The notes beneath the pieces are model-generated. The model was not told the origin of the DNA. It worked only from the letters and a program-made list of their open reading frames with translations, and made no database searches. A program made the position numbers and the translations under genes. From Candidatus Latescibacterota bacterium (GTDB lineage: Bacteria; Latescibacterota; UBA2968), in contig JAYODI010000008.1 of the NCBI GenBank assembly GCA_038279365.1, positions 1 to 64,000 on the forward strand: a DNA stretch of 64,000 nt. The letters run 5' to 3'. How positions within the stretch are numbered: position 1 is the first letter of the stretch; every line of letters starts with the position of its first letter. This document shows, piece after piece, positions 10,048 through 19,526 of the stretch.

Positions 10048-10181
10048 GTCCAGAAACCCCTTGTCTAACATGTTAGTTTATGATACTTTAGTGCAACATT
10101 TTTAAATCCTTGCATCCATAAGATAACAAATAAATACCCTTGGATGCATCCCTTTTAACGTTCACGTTGTGATTGGTTTTT

Positions 10182-12941
10182 ATGTCTAAACAAACATTGG
10201 GATTTATTGTTTTAGCCGCAGGCACCATCTTAGGTTTTTTTGGCGTTCGCCTCATGGCTGTGGTTTATACCGACCTCCTGTGGTTTGACGAATTGGGGTT
10301 TCGCCAAACCTTTGTGACAATGACCCTCACCAAAACAATGGCCTTTGTCACATTTGGGGCCTTTTTTGCCCTTTTTGCGGGCATCAATCTCTACATTGCC
10401 CGCAAAAAAGGACAACCCACACGCACCATGGCTTTTGAAGTCGTTGTAGACGGCATCCCTGAAATGCCTCCCAATCACAGCCTCCGTCAAAGATTGGCTT
10501 GGTCGGGTGGTATTGCACTCTTAAGCTTTCTAATGGGCGCATTGGGTGCTTCTGCCTGGATCACATTGCTCAAGTTTACCACCCCCACCTCATTTGGTCA
10601 GACCGATCCCATTTTTGGCAACGATATCGGATTTTACGTTTTCACATTGCCGCTTTACACCTTCTTATACAGTTGGTCAATCGCGGCCGTTATCCTAACT
10701 GCCATTGTCGTAGTTGTATCTTACCACCAAGACCGCGCCATACGCCACGATGACGACATCTGGATCACCATTTCTGACGTACGTGCCCACATATCTGTTT
10801 TGGCTGCCTTTTTAGCTTTGTTATTGGGCTGGGGATACTGGCTTAAAGAATACGAGCTTCTCTATTCATTTCGCAAAGATGCCTTCTTTGGTGCCGGTTA
10901 TACCGATCTTAATGCCCAATTTTATGCATATCGTTTTATGTTGCTCCTCTTGGTCACCGCTGCAGGATTGCTCCTTTACAACACCCGCATTAAAACGTGG
11001 ATCATCCCCCAATACAGTGTGCTTTCTTATGGTGTCTCGCTTATCATGGTAAGTTGGTTATTGCCTATGGTGTATGAAGAGTTCAAAGTCAAACCCAATG
11101 AATTCGAGCGCGAAGAACCCTATATCCAACATGCCATCGACTACACCCGTCAGGCCTATGGCTTAGACCGCATTCATGAAGTTGACTTTCCTGGCAACAC
11201 CGACTTATCCACACAAGATATCGAAAGAAATCAGCTCACCATCCAAAGCATCCCCTTATGGGACAAACGCCCTTTGATGGCCACATACAGCCAACTCCAA
11301 GAAATTCGATCTTATTACAGCTTCAACAGCGTCGATGTGGATCGCTACAACATCAATGGCACCTACCAACAAGTCATGTTGGCCGCTCGTGAATATGCCC
11401 GCGATCCACGCGATCTACAAGGTGATACCTGGGTCAACAACCACTTGGTTTACACCCACGGCTATGGGCTTGTAATGAGCCCAGCCAATGAAATTGCCGC
11501 AGAAGGTTTGCCAGGTTTCTTAATCAAAGACATCCCCCCCGTTTCACGCGCCAACATAGCAGTTCATCGCCCCGAAATTTATTTTGGCGAAAATATGCGC
11601 AATTACATTGTGGTCAACACCAACACCCCCGAGTTCGATTACCCCAAAGGAGATGAAAATGTTTATACCACCTACCAAGGAAAAGGTGGCGTCCCCATAG
11701 GAGGATTTTGGACACGCTTCATTTTTGCACTTCGTTTTGGCGACCCCTATTTGCTTTTCACCAGTGCGCTAAAGCCCGACAGCCGCCTCATGTTTGACCG
11801 ACACATTGGACAACGTTTGGGTGAAGACTCTCCCAGACGGTTTGCAAAAGCCGCGCCATTTCTAAACTACGACAGCGACCCCTATCTGGCCTTGGTCGAT
11901 GGTCGCCTGGTCTGGATACAAGATGCCTATACCGTGACAAATATGTATCCCTACGCATTCCCTTTTGGTCGTCCTTATGTGCGTGAGATGAACTACATTC
12001 GCAACGCCGTCAAAGTTGTCTTAGACGCCTACGATGGCACCGTCACCTATTATGCTTGGGACGAAGAAGACCCATTGTTAAAAACCTATATGGAAGTTTT
12101 TCCAAACTTGTTTAAACCCAAAAGTGCCATCCCAACATCTTTACGAAAACACCTGCGTTATCCACTCGACCTTTTTGATATTCAGGCCAAACTGTACAAC
12201 ACCTACCACATGACATCGGCCAATGTTTTTTATAACCGCGAAGATGTTTGGGAAACACCCACAGAGTTTTATGGCACCATGGATCGCCCCATACAAATGA
12301 GCCCTTATTTTGCCATGGTGAGATTGCCCAATGAGCAAAAAGAGGAGTACATTCTCATGTTGCCGGCAACCCCGTCGGGCAGAGCCAATATGATAGGCTG
12401 GGTTTTTGCCCGTTGCGATGCCCCCAACTATGGCGAACTTGTGGTTTACAAACTGCCCAAAGAAAAAATGATTTATGGCCCCATGCTCATCGAACGTCGC
12501 ATCAATCAAGACACCGAGGTTTCAAGAGAAATTACACTATGGGATCAGCGTGGTTCAGATGTCATCCGAGGCAACCTCTTGGTGATTCCCATCGAAAACT
12601 CATTCATCTATGTAGAACCCCTGTATCTGCGCGCCTCACAAAGTGGCATGCCTGAACTCAAACGCGTACTGGTCATCCACGGAGAAAAATTGGCAATGGG
12701 CATCAATTTACAAGATGCTTTACAAAAAGTTTTTAAAGACTTGCCCCAAAAGCCAAACCTCATGCCCACACAACCCGTCGAAAACATACCGGCAAACCTT
12801 CAAATATTGGCCAAGCGTGCATTCAAACAATTTGAAACCGCCCAACAACACCTCAAAGCGGGTGCCTTTGCACAATATGGTCAAACCATTGATTCTTTAC
12901 GCCAAACCCTTACGCAGATGAACAAAAAGGAAACCCCATGA
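10182..12941 (+). CDS. UPF0182 family membrane protein
   Basis: DLLWF, DPIFGNDIGFY, YTHGYG, PEIYFGE, NYIRNAVK and VIRGNLLVIP. Confidence 0.92.
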   Translation: MSKQTLGFIVLAAGTILGFFGVRLMAVVYTDLLWFDELGFRQTFVTMTLTKTMAFVTFGAFFALFAGINLYIARKKGQPTRTMAFEVVVDGIPEMPPNHSLRQRLAWSGGIALLSFLMGALGASAWITLLKFTTPTSFGQTDPIFGNDIGFYVFTLPLYTFLYSWSIAAVILTAIVVVVSYHQDRAIRHDDDIWITISDVRAHISVLAAFLALLLGWGYWLKEYELLYSFRKDAFFGAGYTDLNAQFYAYRFMLLLLVTAAGLLLYNTRIKTWIIPQYSVLSYGVSLIMVSWLLPMVYEEFKVKPNEFEREEPYIQHAIDYTRQAYGLDRIHEVDFPGNTDLSTQDIERNQLTIQSIPLWDKRPLMATYSQLQEIRSYYSFNSVDVDRYNINGTYQQVMLAAREYARDPRDLQGDTWVNNHLVYTHGYGLVMSPANEIAAEGLPGFLIKDIPPVSRANIAVHRPEIYFGENMRNYIVVNTNTPEFDYPKGDENVYTTYQGKGGVPIGGFWTRFIFALRFGDPYLLFTSALKPDSRLMFDRHIGQRLGEDSPRRFAKAAPFLNYDSDPYLALVDGRLVWIQDAYTVTNMYPYAFPFGRPYVREMNYIRNAVKVVLDAYDGTVTYYAWDEEDPLLKTYMEVFPNLFKPKSAIPTSLRKHLRYPLDLFDIQAKLYNTYHMTSANVFYNREDVWETPTEFYGTMDRPIQMSPYFAMVRLPNEQKEEYILMLPATPSGRANMIGWVFARCDAPNYGELVVYKLPKEKMIYGPMLIERRINQDTEVSREITLWDQRGSDVIRGNLLVIPIENSFIYVEPLYLRASQSGMPELKRVLVIHGEKLAMGINLQDALQKVFKDLPQKPNLMPTQPVENIPANLQILAKRAFKQFETAQQHLKAGAFAQYGQTIDSLRQTLTQMNKKETP

Positions 12942-13855
12942 GTGCCCCCAACCCTTCTCAATGGGCCAATCTCATCACCGAACAACGCAACCCAGCAAGC
13001 GCACAAATAGATGCCATCAGCACACGAGATGCCCTTCAGATCATCAACGACCAAGACAAAACGGTTGCAAATGCCATAGAAGCCGAACTCGACCATATAG
13101 CACATGCCACAGACATGGTTTACAATGCCCTCAAAAAGGGAGGCCGTCTCTTTTACATCGGTGCAGGCACCAGCGGGCGTTTAGGGGTATTAGACGCCTC
13201 AGAATGCCCTCCAACCTATGGCGTATCTCCCGAAATGGTACAAGGCATCATCGCTGGTGGATTACCCGCGCTCACACGCTCTCAAGAAGGCGCCGAAGAT
13301 TTATTAGAAGACGGTGTTCAAGCACTTATAGATCGCAACTGCACAAAACAAGATGTGGTCATGGGCATTGCTGCCAGTGGTGTTACCCCCTTTGTCATTG
13401 GTGCCTTACAACACGCCAAATCCATCGGGGCAAAAACCATCTTCTTCAGTTGCAACCCTCAAGCTGCCAAAAAAGTTTTTGCCCATGTGCACATCACCCC
13501 CAAAGTCGGCCCTGAAGTCATCACGGGTTCCACCCGAATGAAAGCTGGCACGGCAACCAAAATGGTGCTCAATATGATCACCACAACAACAATGATCAAA
13601 TTGGGCAAGGTTTACGAAAACCTCATGGTAGATCTCACACCCAGCTGCCAAAAATTGATCGACCGTTCCCAGCGTATCTTGTGTGCCATCACCAATCTTT
13701 CCCCCCAAGACAGTGCCCAAAAGCTTCAAGAGGCACAAGGCAATCTGAAAGTTGCCATCCTCATGACAAAACGGGCTGTCTCTTACGAAACAGCCCGCCA
13801 ATTATTGGACAAACATCAAGGCAATGTTAGAAATGCCTTAGAAAATGCAGTTTAG
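12938..13855 (+). CDS. murQ: N-acetylmuramic acid 6-phosphate etherase
   Basis: TEQRNP, GAGTSGRLGVLDASECPPT and GPEVITGSTRMKAGTA. Confidence 0.95.
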   Translation: MSAPNPSQWANLITEQRNPASAQIDAISTRDALQIINDQDKTVANAIEAELDHIAHATDMVYNALKKGGRLFYIGAGTSGRLGVLDASECPPTYGVSPEMVQGIIAGGLPALTRSQEGAEDLLEDGVQALIDRNCTKQDVVMGIAASGVTPFVIGALQHAKSIGAKTIFFSCNPQAAKKVFAHVHITPKVGPEVITGSTRMKAGTATKMVLNMITTTTMIKLGKVYENLMVDLTPSCQKLIDRSQRILCAITNLSPQDSAQKLQEAQGNLKVAILMTKRAVSYETARQLLDKHQGNVRNALENAV

Positions 13856-15390
13856 TTTTCTTTGGTTTTTTGCTGGTTATAAAAAGCTTTGATCAAACCA
13901 TCTAAAAAAACTTTTGGTTCTTCAACCGCAGGAGCCGTAATCGTAAAGGTTGTTTGACCAAGCAACTTCAACCCATGCCCATAGTCATTAAACCGCTCTT
14001 GGCACAATGCCTCAACAGACACGGGTGTTTCTGTTGCAAGCTTTGCCAATGCACCCAAAGCGGCTTTATCAAACGTCAGTTCAACGCCATAGGTTTTTTC
14101 AAACTGCGCCAAAAATTTAGCCACCCCTCCCCCCACCAGCAATTCCTGAAGGGCAAGCGTAGGATTTTTGACCACATTGGCATCGACATGAAAAGTTTGA
14201 ATATCTGTTGAAGGCAACGTTTTTTCAAACTTTAGCAAAGCCCGCTCACACGCACCAACCAAGCTTCTGGCCCCAGTTTGCTCTTTGGCGGCCTCTTCTG
14301 CCAAAAGATAAAGGGCCTCATCATCAAACGTAAGGTCAATGCCATATGCCTTAAAATCGCGCTTTTTTCCCAAAATAACCGAACTGGTAGGGCTTTTCAA
14401 AATGGCATACAAATCTTCCACTTCCAAAGGTTCCAAAACAGCCATCACAGGCAACCGCCCCACAAACTCCGATTCAAAACCATAACCAATCAAATCTTCG
14501 GTCTTAACTTGTTGCAAAGAAGCCGTGCGATCAATGTCGCGTTCAATTGCACGTTCAGCCCCCGTTTGAAAACCCACCTTGCCCTGATTCAACCGTTTTC
14601 TTACAATATCTTCTAAACCACCAAAAGCCCCACTTACGATAAACAAAATATTGCGCGTATTGATCTTTTTCTGCTCCATCTTGCCACTGCGTTGAAATTG
14701 CATCATCGATTCCATTTGAGAGGCCATATCATGGGGCGCTTTAAGATCCACATCGGTCTCTTCCATCAACTTGAGCAAATTGCGCTGCACGCCCGAGCGC
14801 GACACATCGGGGCCCATCAAATTAGGTGTTGAGGCGATTTTATCAATTTCATCAATGTATACAATGCCATACTGTGCTTTTTCAATGCTGCCATCGGCTT
14901 CACGCACCAACTCGCGAATCAGGTCTTCGACATCCCCTCCCACATAGCCGGTTTCGCTAAACTTGGTCGCATCTCCTTTCACAAAGGGCACGCCAATGCG
15001 GTTGGCAATCAGTTTTATCAAATACGTTTTTCCAACGCCTGTCGGCCCAATCAACAAAATATTATTTTTAATATTTCCAACATTGGCCTGTACAAATTCC
15101 GGATCGTCTCGATCCAGTTTCATGCGGTTATAGTGCGTACATATTTTGGTGGCCAACACTTCTTTGGCCGCATATTGTTTAATCACATACTCGTTTAAAT
15201 ATGCTTCCAATTCTGTGGGTTTCAAATCAAAGGCAATGGTATCATCTTTTGGTGGTTCCGTCTTTGGCCCCGCCTCAAAACCAGCGGTTTCGCCTTGAGG
15301 AAATACCACCTGAGCACCGTATTTGTTTTCAATGAAATCTTTGAGATCCTTTTGTAAATCGGCAGGATTAAAAGGTTGTTTTTCTGACAC
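13852..15390 (-). CDS. ClpX-like AAA+ unfoldase lacking the N-terminal zinc-binding domain and carrying a C-terminal extension
   Basis: GPTGVGKT, GYVG pore loop, YIDEIDK, VGF loop, EFVGRLP and TGARSL. GTG start. Confidence 0.85.
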   Translation of the reverse strand: MSEKQPFNPADLQKDLKDFIENKYGAQVVFPQGETAGFEAGPKTEPPKDDTIAFDLKPTELEAYLNEYVIKQYAAKEVLATKICTHYNRMKLDRDDPEFVQANVGNIKNNILLIGPTGVGKTYLIKLIANRIGVPFVKGDATKFSETGYVGGDVEDLIRELVREADGSIEKAQYGIVYIDEIDKIASTPNLMGPDVSRSGVQRNLLKLMEETDVDLKAPHDMASQMESMMQFQRSGKMEQKKINTRNILFIVSGAFGGLEDIVRKRLNQGKVGFQTGAERAIERDIDRTASLQQVKTEDLIGYGFESEFVGRLPVMAVLEPLEVEDLYAILKSPTSSVILGKKRDFKAYGIDLTFDDEALYLLAEEAAKEQTGARSLVGACERALLKFEKTLPSTDIQTFHVDANVVKNPTLALQELLVGGGVAKFLAQFEKTYGVELTFDKAALGALAKLATETPVSVEALCQERFNDYGHGLKLLGQTTFTITAPAVEEPKVFLDGLIKAFYNQQKTKEN

Positions 15391-15433
15391 GTTAAACCTT
15401 TCTTATAAATGTCGGTTATCAATTTGACCCTTA

Positions 15434-15462
15434 AGAATAACAGGTCTGCAACCCATTGTCAA
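15434..15462 (-). promoter_or_regulatory. sigma70-type promoter of the clpX-like gene
   Basis: TTGACA-17-TATTCT with an upstream TG, minus strand. Confidence 0.7.
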
Positions 15463-15592
15463 GGCAGGGTGTTTCAGATCCGTCGTATTCTGGCCTAGAC
15501 CCATTAGGCCTGCAAATATCTATGCAGTAAGTTGCATTACACCTATTGATGAATCACAACCTATAGTACCACACAAAAGACATAATAACACA

Positions 15593-17311
15593 ATGACACT
15601 GAGCGCACTTGTTTTACAACAACTCACCAAAGAACTGGCCCCACAGGTTACCCGCAGACTCATTCGCGAGGCATTCTTAACCAACACCCATACCCTCTAT
15701 CTCAACTTGGGCGACATTGGGCATTTGTGTTGTTCTGCTCACCCCAACAAAAGTTATTTGCTCCTCACAAACCCCACAGAGCCCCCCCTTTCCAATCAAC
15801 CCACTTGGCTAACACACCATCTCACCAAGTCAGGCATCGTTGCCATATCGCACATTCCTCATGAGCGCATCATTCATTTTACACTCAGTCGACAAGACCG
15901 CTTAGGAAAAGAAAGCCAATATGTGCTCATTTGCGAGTTTATTGGCCGCCAAGCCAATGTGATATTAACCGATGGCAGCAACAACAAAATATTGGGTGCC
16001 ATGCGCCATACACGCGCCAAAGACACACAAGGGCGAGACATCTTACCCGGCAGACCCTATCAAGCACCCCCACCCCAACAAGGCAAAACAGTTGCAGATT
16101 TAGACCCGCAAACGCTCCAACAAGCTTTTGCTCAAAATCCAACATCGCCGACACATGCATTACAACAGGCCATTCTTGGGCTTGATCACATCACAGCCCA
16201 AGAAGTGTGCCACCGCATTCAATTACAACATCCGCAATATGACACCCAAACCATACAAAAGATTCAACATTTTTTAAACACACCACCCTTTATTGAAGGT
16301 GTATCCGTATTTGCCAATGACAGAAACCATTTCCATTTAACGCCTTTACAAATCACCCATGCCACACCTGTTCAAACATTTCCAACCATCCATGACGGCA
16401 TCACCTTTTTGTTAAAACAAGAAAATGTTCACAACACCCTCAAAAGCAAAATCACCAATCTCGAAAAAGACCTCAACACCAAACTGAGCAACAATCACCG
16501 CAAATTAGAACGCATTCAAGAAGACCTCACCGATGCAGAACGCGCCGATGAATACGAACGATTGGGCAATTTACTCATGTCCAACTTACAACATATCCCT
16601 ACAAGTGCCGAAAGCGTGATTCTCACAGACAGTTATGAGGGTCAACAAACCCAGGTTGAAATAGAACTCAATCCAAATCGTTCTCCAATAGACAATGCAA
16701 ATGAATACATCAAACGCAGTCAAAAAGGGCGCAAAGGGGCTCCCATATTGCAAAATAGAATGGAAGAAACCCACGCCCAAAGCACCCAAATAACCCACTA
16801 TCTCACACGGTTACAAAATATGTCCTCAGAAAAAGAATTTGCCCAACTACGCCAAGAACTCGAAGACCATAAGCTGGTAAAACCCACAAAACAAAAACAA
16901 CAAAAAAATCAAAACCAAAAACGAGCACCTGGTGAAATTCACCCCCGCCGATACCGTACACGCGACGGCTGGTTGGTTTTGGTGGGCCGCAACAACCAAG
17001 AAAATGACAAGCTCACAAAGAGTTCTGCTCGCGATGATATTTTTTTCCACGTACATGGTTGCCCAGGTTCTCACGTGATTCTCAAACAAGAAGGCCGTGC
17101 CGAAAAACCGCCTCGAAGCACCATCAAAGAAGCAGCAAGTTTGGCCGTTTATTGGAGCAAGGCCCGCGGTGCCAAAACCGCCCCAGTGAGTTACACCGAA
17201 GTCAAATATGTTCACAAACCCAAAGGTGCCCCACCAGGTTTGGTGACCATCAAAAACGAAAAAAGCATAATGGTTGCCCCACATGAAATTCAAAAAGAAG
17301 ATGACGCTTAA
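15593..17311 (+). CDS. rqcH: NFACT family ribosome quality control protein (RqcH/Rqc2/FbpA)
   Basis: ERII, EFIGRQANVIL, ILPGRPY, coiled coil, and NFACT-R motifs VGRNNQENDKL, FHVHGCPGSHV and KPKGAPPG. Confidence 0.88.
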   Translation: MTLSALVLQQLTKELAPQVTRRLIREAFLTNTHTLYLNLGDIGHLCCSAHPNKSYLLLTNPTEPPLSNQPTWLTHHLTKSGIVAISHIPHERIIHFTLSRQDRLGKESQYVLICEFIGRQANVILTDGSNNKILGAMRHTRAKDTQGRDILPGRPYQAPPPQQGKTVADLDPQTLQQAFAQNPTSPTHALQQAILGLDHITAQEVCHRIQLQHPQYDTQTIQKIQHFLNTPPFIEGVSVFANDRNHFHLTPLQITHATPVQTFPTIHDGITFLLKQENVHNTLKSKITNLEKDLNTKLSNNHRKLERIQEDLTDAERADEYERLGNLLMSNLQHIPTSAESVILTDSYEGQQTQVEIELNPNRSPIDNANEYIKRSQKGRKGAPILQNRMEETHAQSTQITHYLTRLQNMSSEKEFAQLRQELEDHKLVKPTKQKQQKNQNQKRAPGEIHPRRYRTRDGWLVLVGRNNQENDKLTKSSARDDIFFHVHGCPGSHVILKQEGRAEKPPRSTIKEAASLAVYWSKARGAKTAPVSYTEVKYVHKPKGAPPGLVTIKNEKSIMVAPHEIQKEDDA

Positions 17312-17325
17312 TCTTTAAAAATACA

Positions 17326-18102
17326 ATGAATCAATTACTCTACTATCTGCTTGGCTTAACAGGTGTCCTTTTTACGGGGTGGTGGTTGCTCAAATTGTGG
17401 CAAAGCATGCAAGCCATTGCAAATGCCCCCAAACCCATTCCGCCCCCCCAATACCACATCCAAAAAGTAAACCCATCCATTTCCTTTTGGCTGAAAGGCT
17501 CAAGCTTATTTTTTGTGGGTGGATTGCTCACCTTTTTAGGTTTTGTTTGCACCATTTTTTTTCGAAACCCTCAATTTCTCACCCTCATTATTGTCGGATC
17601 GTTATTTCTTACATGTCTGTTTTTTTATACCTATTTCATCGTTTTTTCAGGTCAAAAAACGTTACGAACACCTAAAAAAAAGCCCGAATTTCTTCAGGTT
17701 TACACCCACCCCGATTGGCTCTTCCAACACCCCAAATTTGCACTTTTTGGGTTCGGCAATATCATTGCAGGCATTGTCAGTGCCTTCATTTACCAAGATG
17801 TTTACTTTGTTTTACTAAGCATATATGGCCTCGTATTCTTGCTTCATCTGTGGAGTTTTTCACAACTCAACATCCTCACCATCACCGACCAACACATCAA
17901 ACTCCACACCGGGCTCCCAGTAGATGGTATTCTCACCATCCCCATAGCCACCATTTCCAATGTTCACTATTCACAACCACGCCTCCAACGCCTCTTGCGC
18001 ATCCACACCGTGAGCATTGTCGATCAAACTGGTGCCAAGCTGGTTCTATACACCCGATTACCCCATCTTTTTTGGGGAACCCTAAACACAGATGACATAT
18101 AA
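17326..18102 (+). CDS. Membrane protein with a C-terminal bacterial PH-like domain
   Basis: About 5 TM segments followed by ITDQHI...IPIATISNVHYSQPRLQRLL. Confidence 0.6.
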   Translation: MNQLLYYLLGLTGVLFTGWWLLKLWQSMQAIANAPKPIPPPQYHIQKVNPSISFWLKGSSLFFVGGLLTFLGFVCTIFFRNPQFLTLIIVGSLFLTCLFFYTYFIVFSGQKTLRTPKKKPEFLQVYTHPDWLFQHPKFALFGFGNIIAGIVSAFIYQDVYFVLLSIYGLVFLLHLWSFSQLNILTITDQHIKLHTGLPVDGILTIPIATISNVHYSQPRLQRLLRIHTVSIVDQTGAKLVLYTRLPHLFWGTLNTDDI

Positions 18103-18135
18103 AAAGCCCCCAAGCAAACTTGCTCAGGGGCTTTT
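18102..18135. terminator. Bidirectional intrinsic terminator
   Basis: AAAAGCCCC..AGCAA..TTGCT..GGGGCTTTT between convergent genes. Confidence 0.7.
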
Positions 18136-18157
18136 GGTTTCTCAAACGATATCTGAA

Positions 18158-18910
18158 TTAAAATTTCTCAAAATACACAATTCGAATTTCCCGATCTGGC
18201 TGTGGGTTTTGTGTGCCATTGCGAAAGATATTTTTCAAATCAAATTCCAATGCAAAACTCTTAGACACCATCCACCTGGCACCTGCATTTAAAAATCCTT
18301 TACCAGACCCCAATGCATTATCGCTGTTGTCATTCAAACCAAAATCGTATTCTGCCACAACCAAAAAGTCTTTTCCAATAGCCTTATCTACCCCAATAAA
18401 ACCCGAAAGATCACCGTCGCCATCACCATCTTCAAAACTTTTGTTCATGCCTATGTGTATCCCCCCTTGCCCAAATGGTGAGTTAAAGTTCTTGCTCACC
18501 ACCACGTAAGCCCCCTTCGATTTACTTTGATATCGGTCCAGCGTCTGATCAAATACGCCATACCCCTGAGAAGCATATCCAACAGCCAAAGCCGGCGAAG
18601 AGTATCCTTCTTCAACAACCCGTATTTTAGCAGCAAACTCCAAACGTGGGTTCCATTTGACAGAAGCATTGCCCAACAGATCGCGCGCCCCATACGAAAT
18701 GCCAATCATCCCACGATCAAAAAGCCCCACATTAATTTGCCCCAAAATACCATTGCCACCATAAAACCGAAAATCCAAACCAAAACTGCCACGAGGCAAC
18801 AACCCCGCAGTTGGTGCCTCAACCAAATGCAAAGGATCAAGCTCCAATTGGGCATCCACACGCCCCACACTCCCCAAAACCAACAACAACACAATCATTC
18901 TCTGTATCAC
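18158..18910 (-). CDS. Outer-membrane beta-barrel protein (YjbH-domain-like)
   Basis: Signal peptide, LVEAPTAGLL, amphipathic strands and C-terminal Phe. Confidence 0.7.
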   Translation of the reverse strand: MIQRMIVLLLVLGSVGRVDAQLELDPLHLVEAPTAGLLPRGSFGLDFRFYGGNGILGQINVGLFDRGMIGISYGARDLLGNASVKWNPRLEFAAKIRVVEEGYSSPALAVGYASQGYGVFDQTLDRYQSKSKGAYVVVSKNFNSPFGQGGIHIGMNKSFEDGDGDGDLSGFIGVDKAIGKDFLVVAEYDFGLNDNSDNALGSGKGFLNAGARWMVSKSFALEFDLKNIFRNGTQNPQPDREIRIVYFEKF

Positions 18911-19356
18911 AACTCGCTCCCTGAAATAATCACTTTTCGCAGTGAATGGCCCTCGTGTGTCAGCGCAATATCTATTGCTTCTTTAGGAATCAAGTCACCA
19001 CCCATATCAGCCCATTCGATCAGGCAGATTCCTTTGCCATAAAAAAAATCGTCACATCCCAACGCATACAGTTCGTCGGGGTCTCCCAAACGATACAAAT
19101 CAAAATGGTAAATCGGCAACACCACACCATCTGAGGTGGTTCCCGCATACTCATTCATCAATATAAACGTGGGGCTGGTGACATAGTCGGTAACTTCAAG
19201 CCCGTTACAAATGCCTTGTGTCAAACACGTTTTCCCACTACCCAAATCACCGCGAAGCGCCACACAATCACCTGGTTTTAGCGTATGAGCAAGTGCCACA
19301 CCCAATTGCACGGTTTCTTCGGGAGAGTGGGTCAAACGTTCAATTATCTTATGCAT
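18907..19356 (-). CDS. tsaE: tRNA threonylcarbamoyladenosine biosynthesis ATPase
   Basis: GDLGSGKT, VTSPTF, HFDLYRL and LIEWAD. Confidence 0.95.
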   Translation of the reverse strand: MHKIIERLTHSPEETVQLGVALAHTLKPGDCVALRGDLGSGKTCLTQGICNGLEVTDYVTSPTFILMNEYAGTTSDGVVLPIYHFDLYRLGDPDELYALGCDDFFYGKGICLIEWADMGGDLIPKEAIDIALTHEGHSLRKVIISGSEL

Positions 19357-19526
19357 ATCAATTCAAATGGATTAAAAAGGGGATACCACGAGGACAATAC
19401 ACATCAGACGAACTTGCATTTGGGGAAATACACGCCCGTCAATACAAAGAACTCAGGGGGCGAGTTCTGTTCTACAAGGGGTATCTCAACCCACTTCTAA
19501 AAAAGCCTGTTGAGATACCCACCCAA

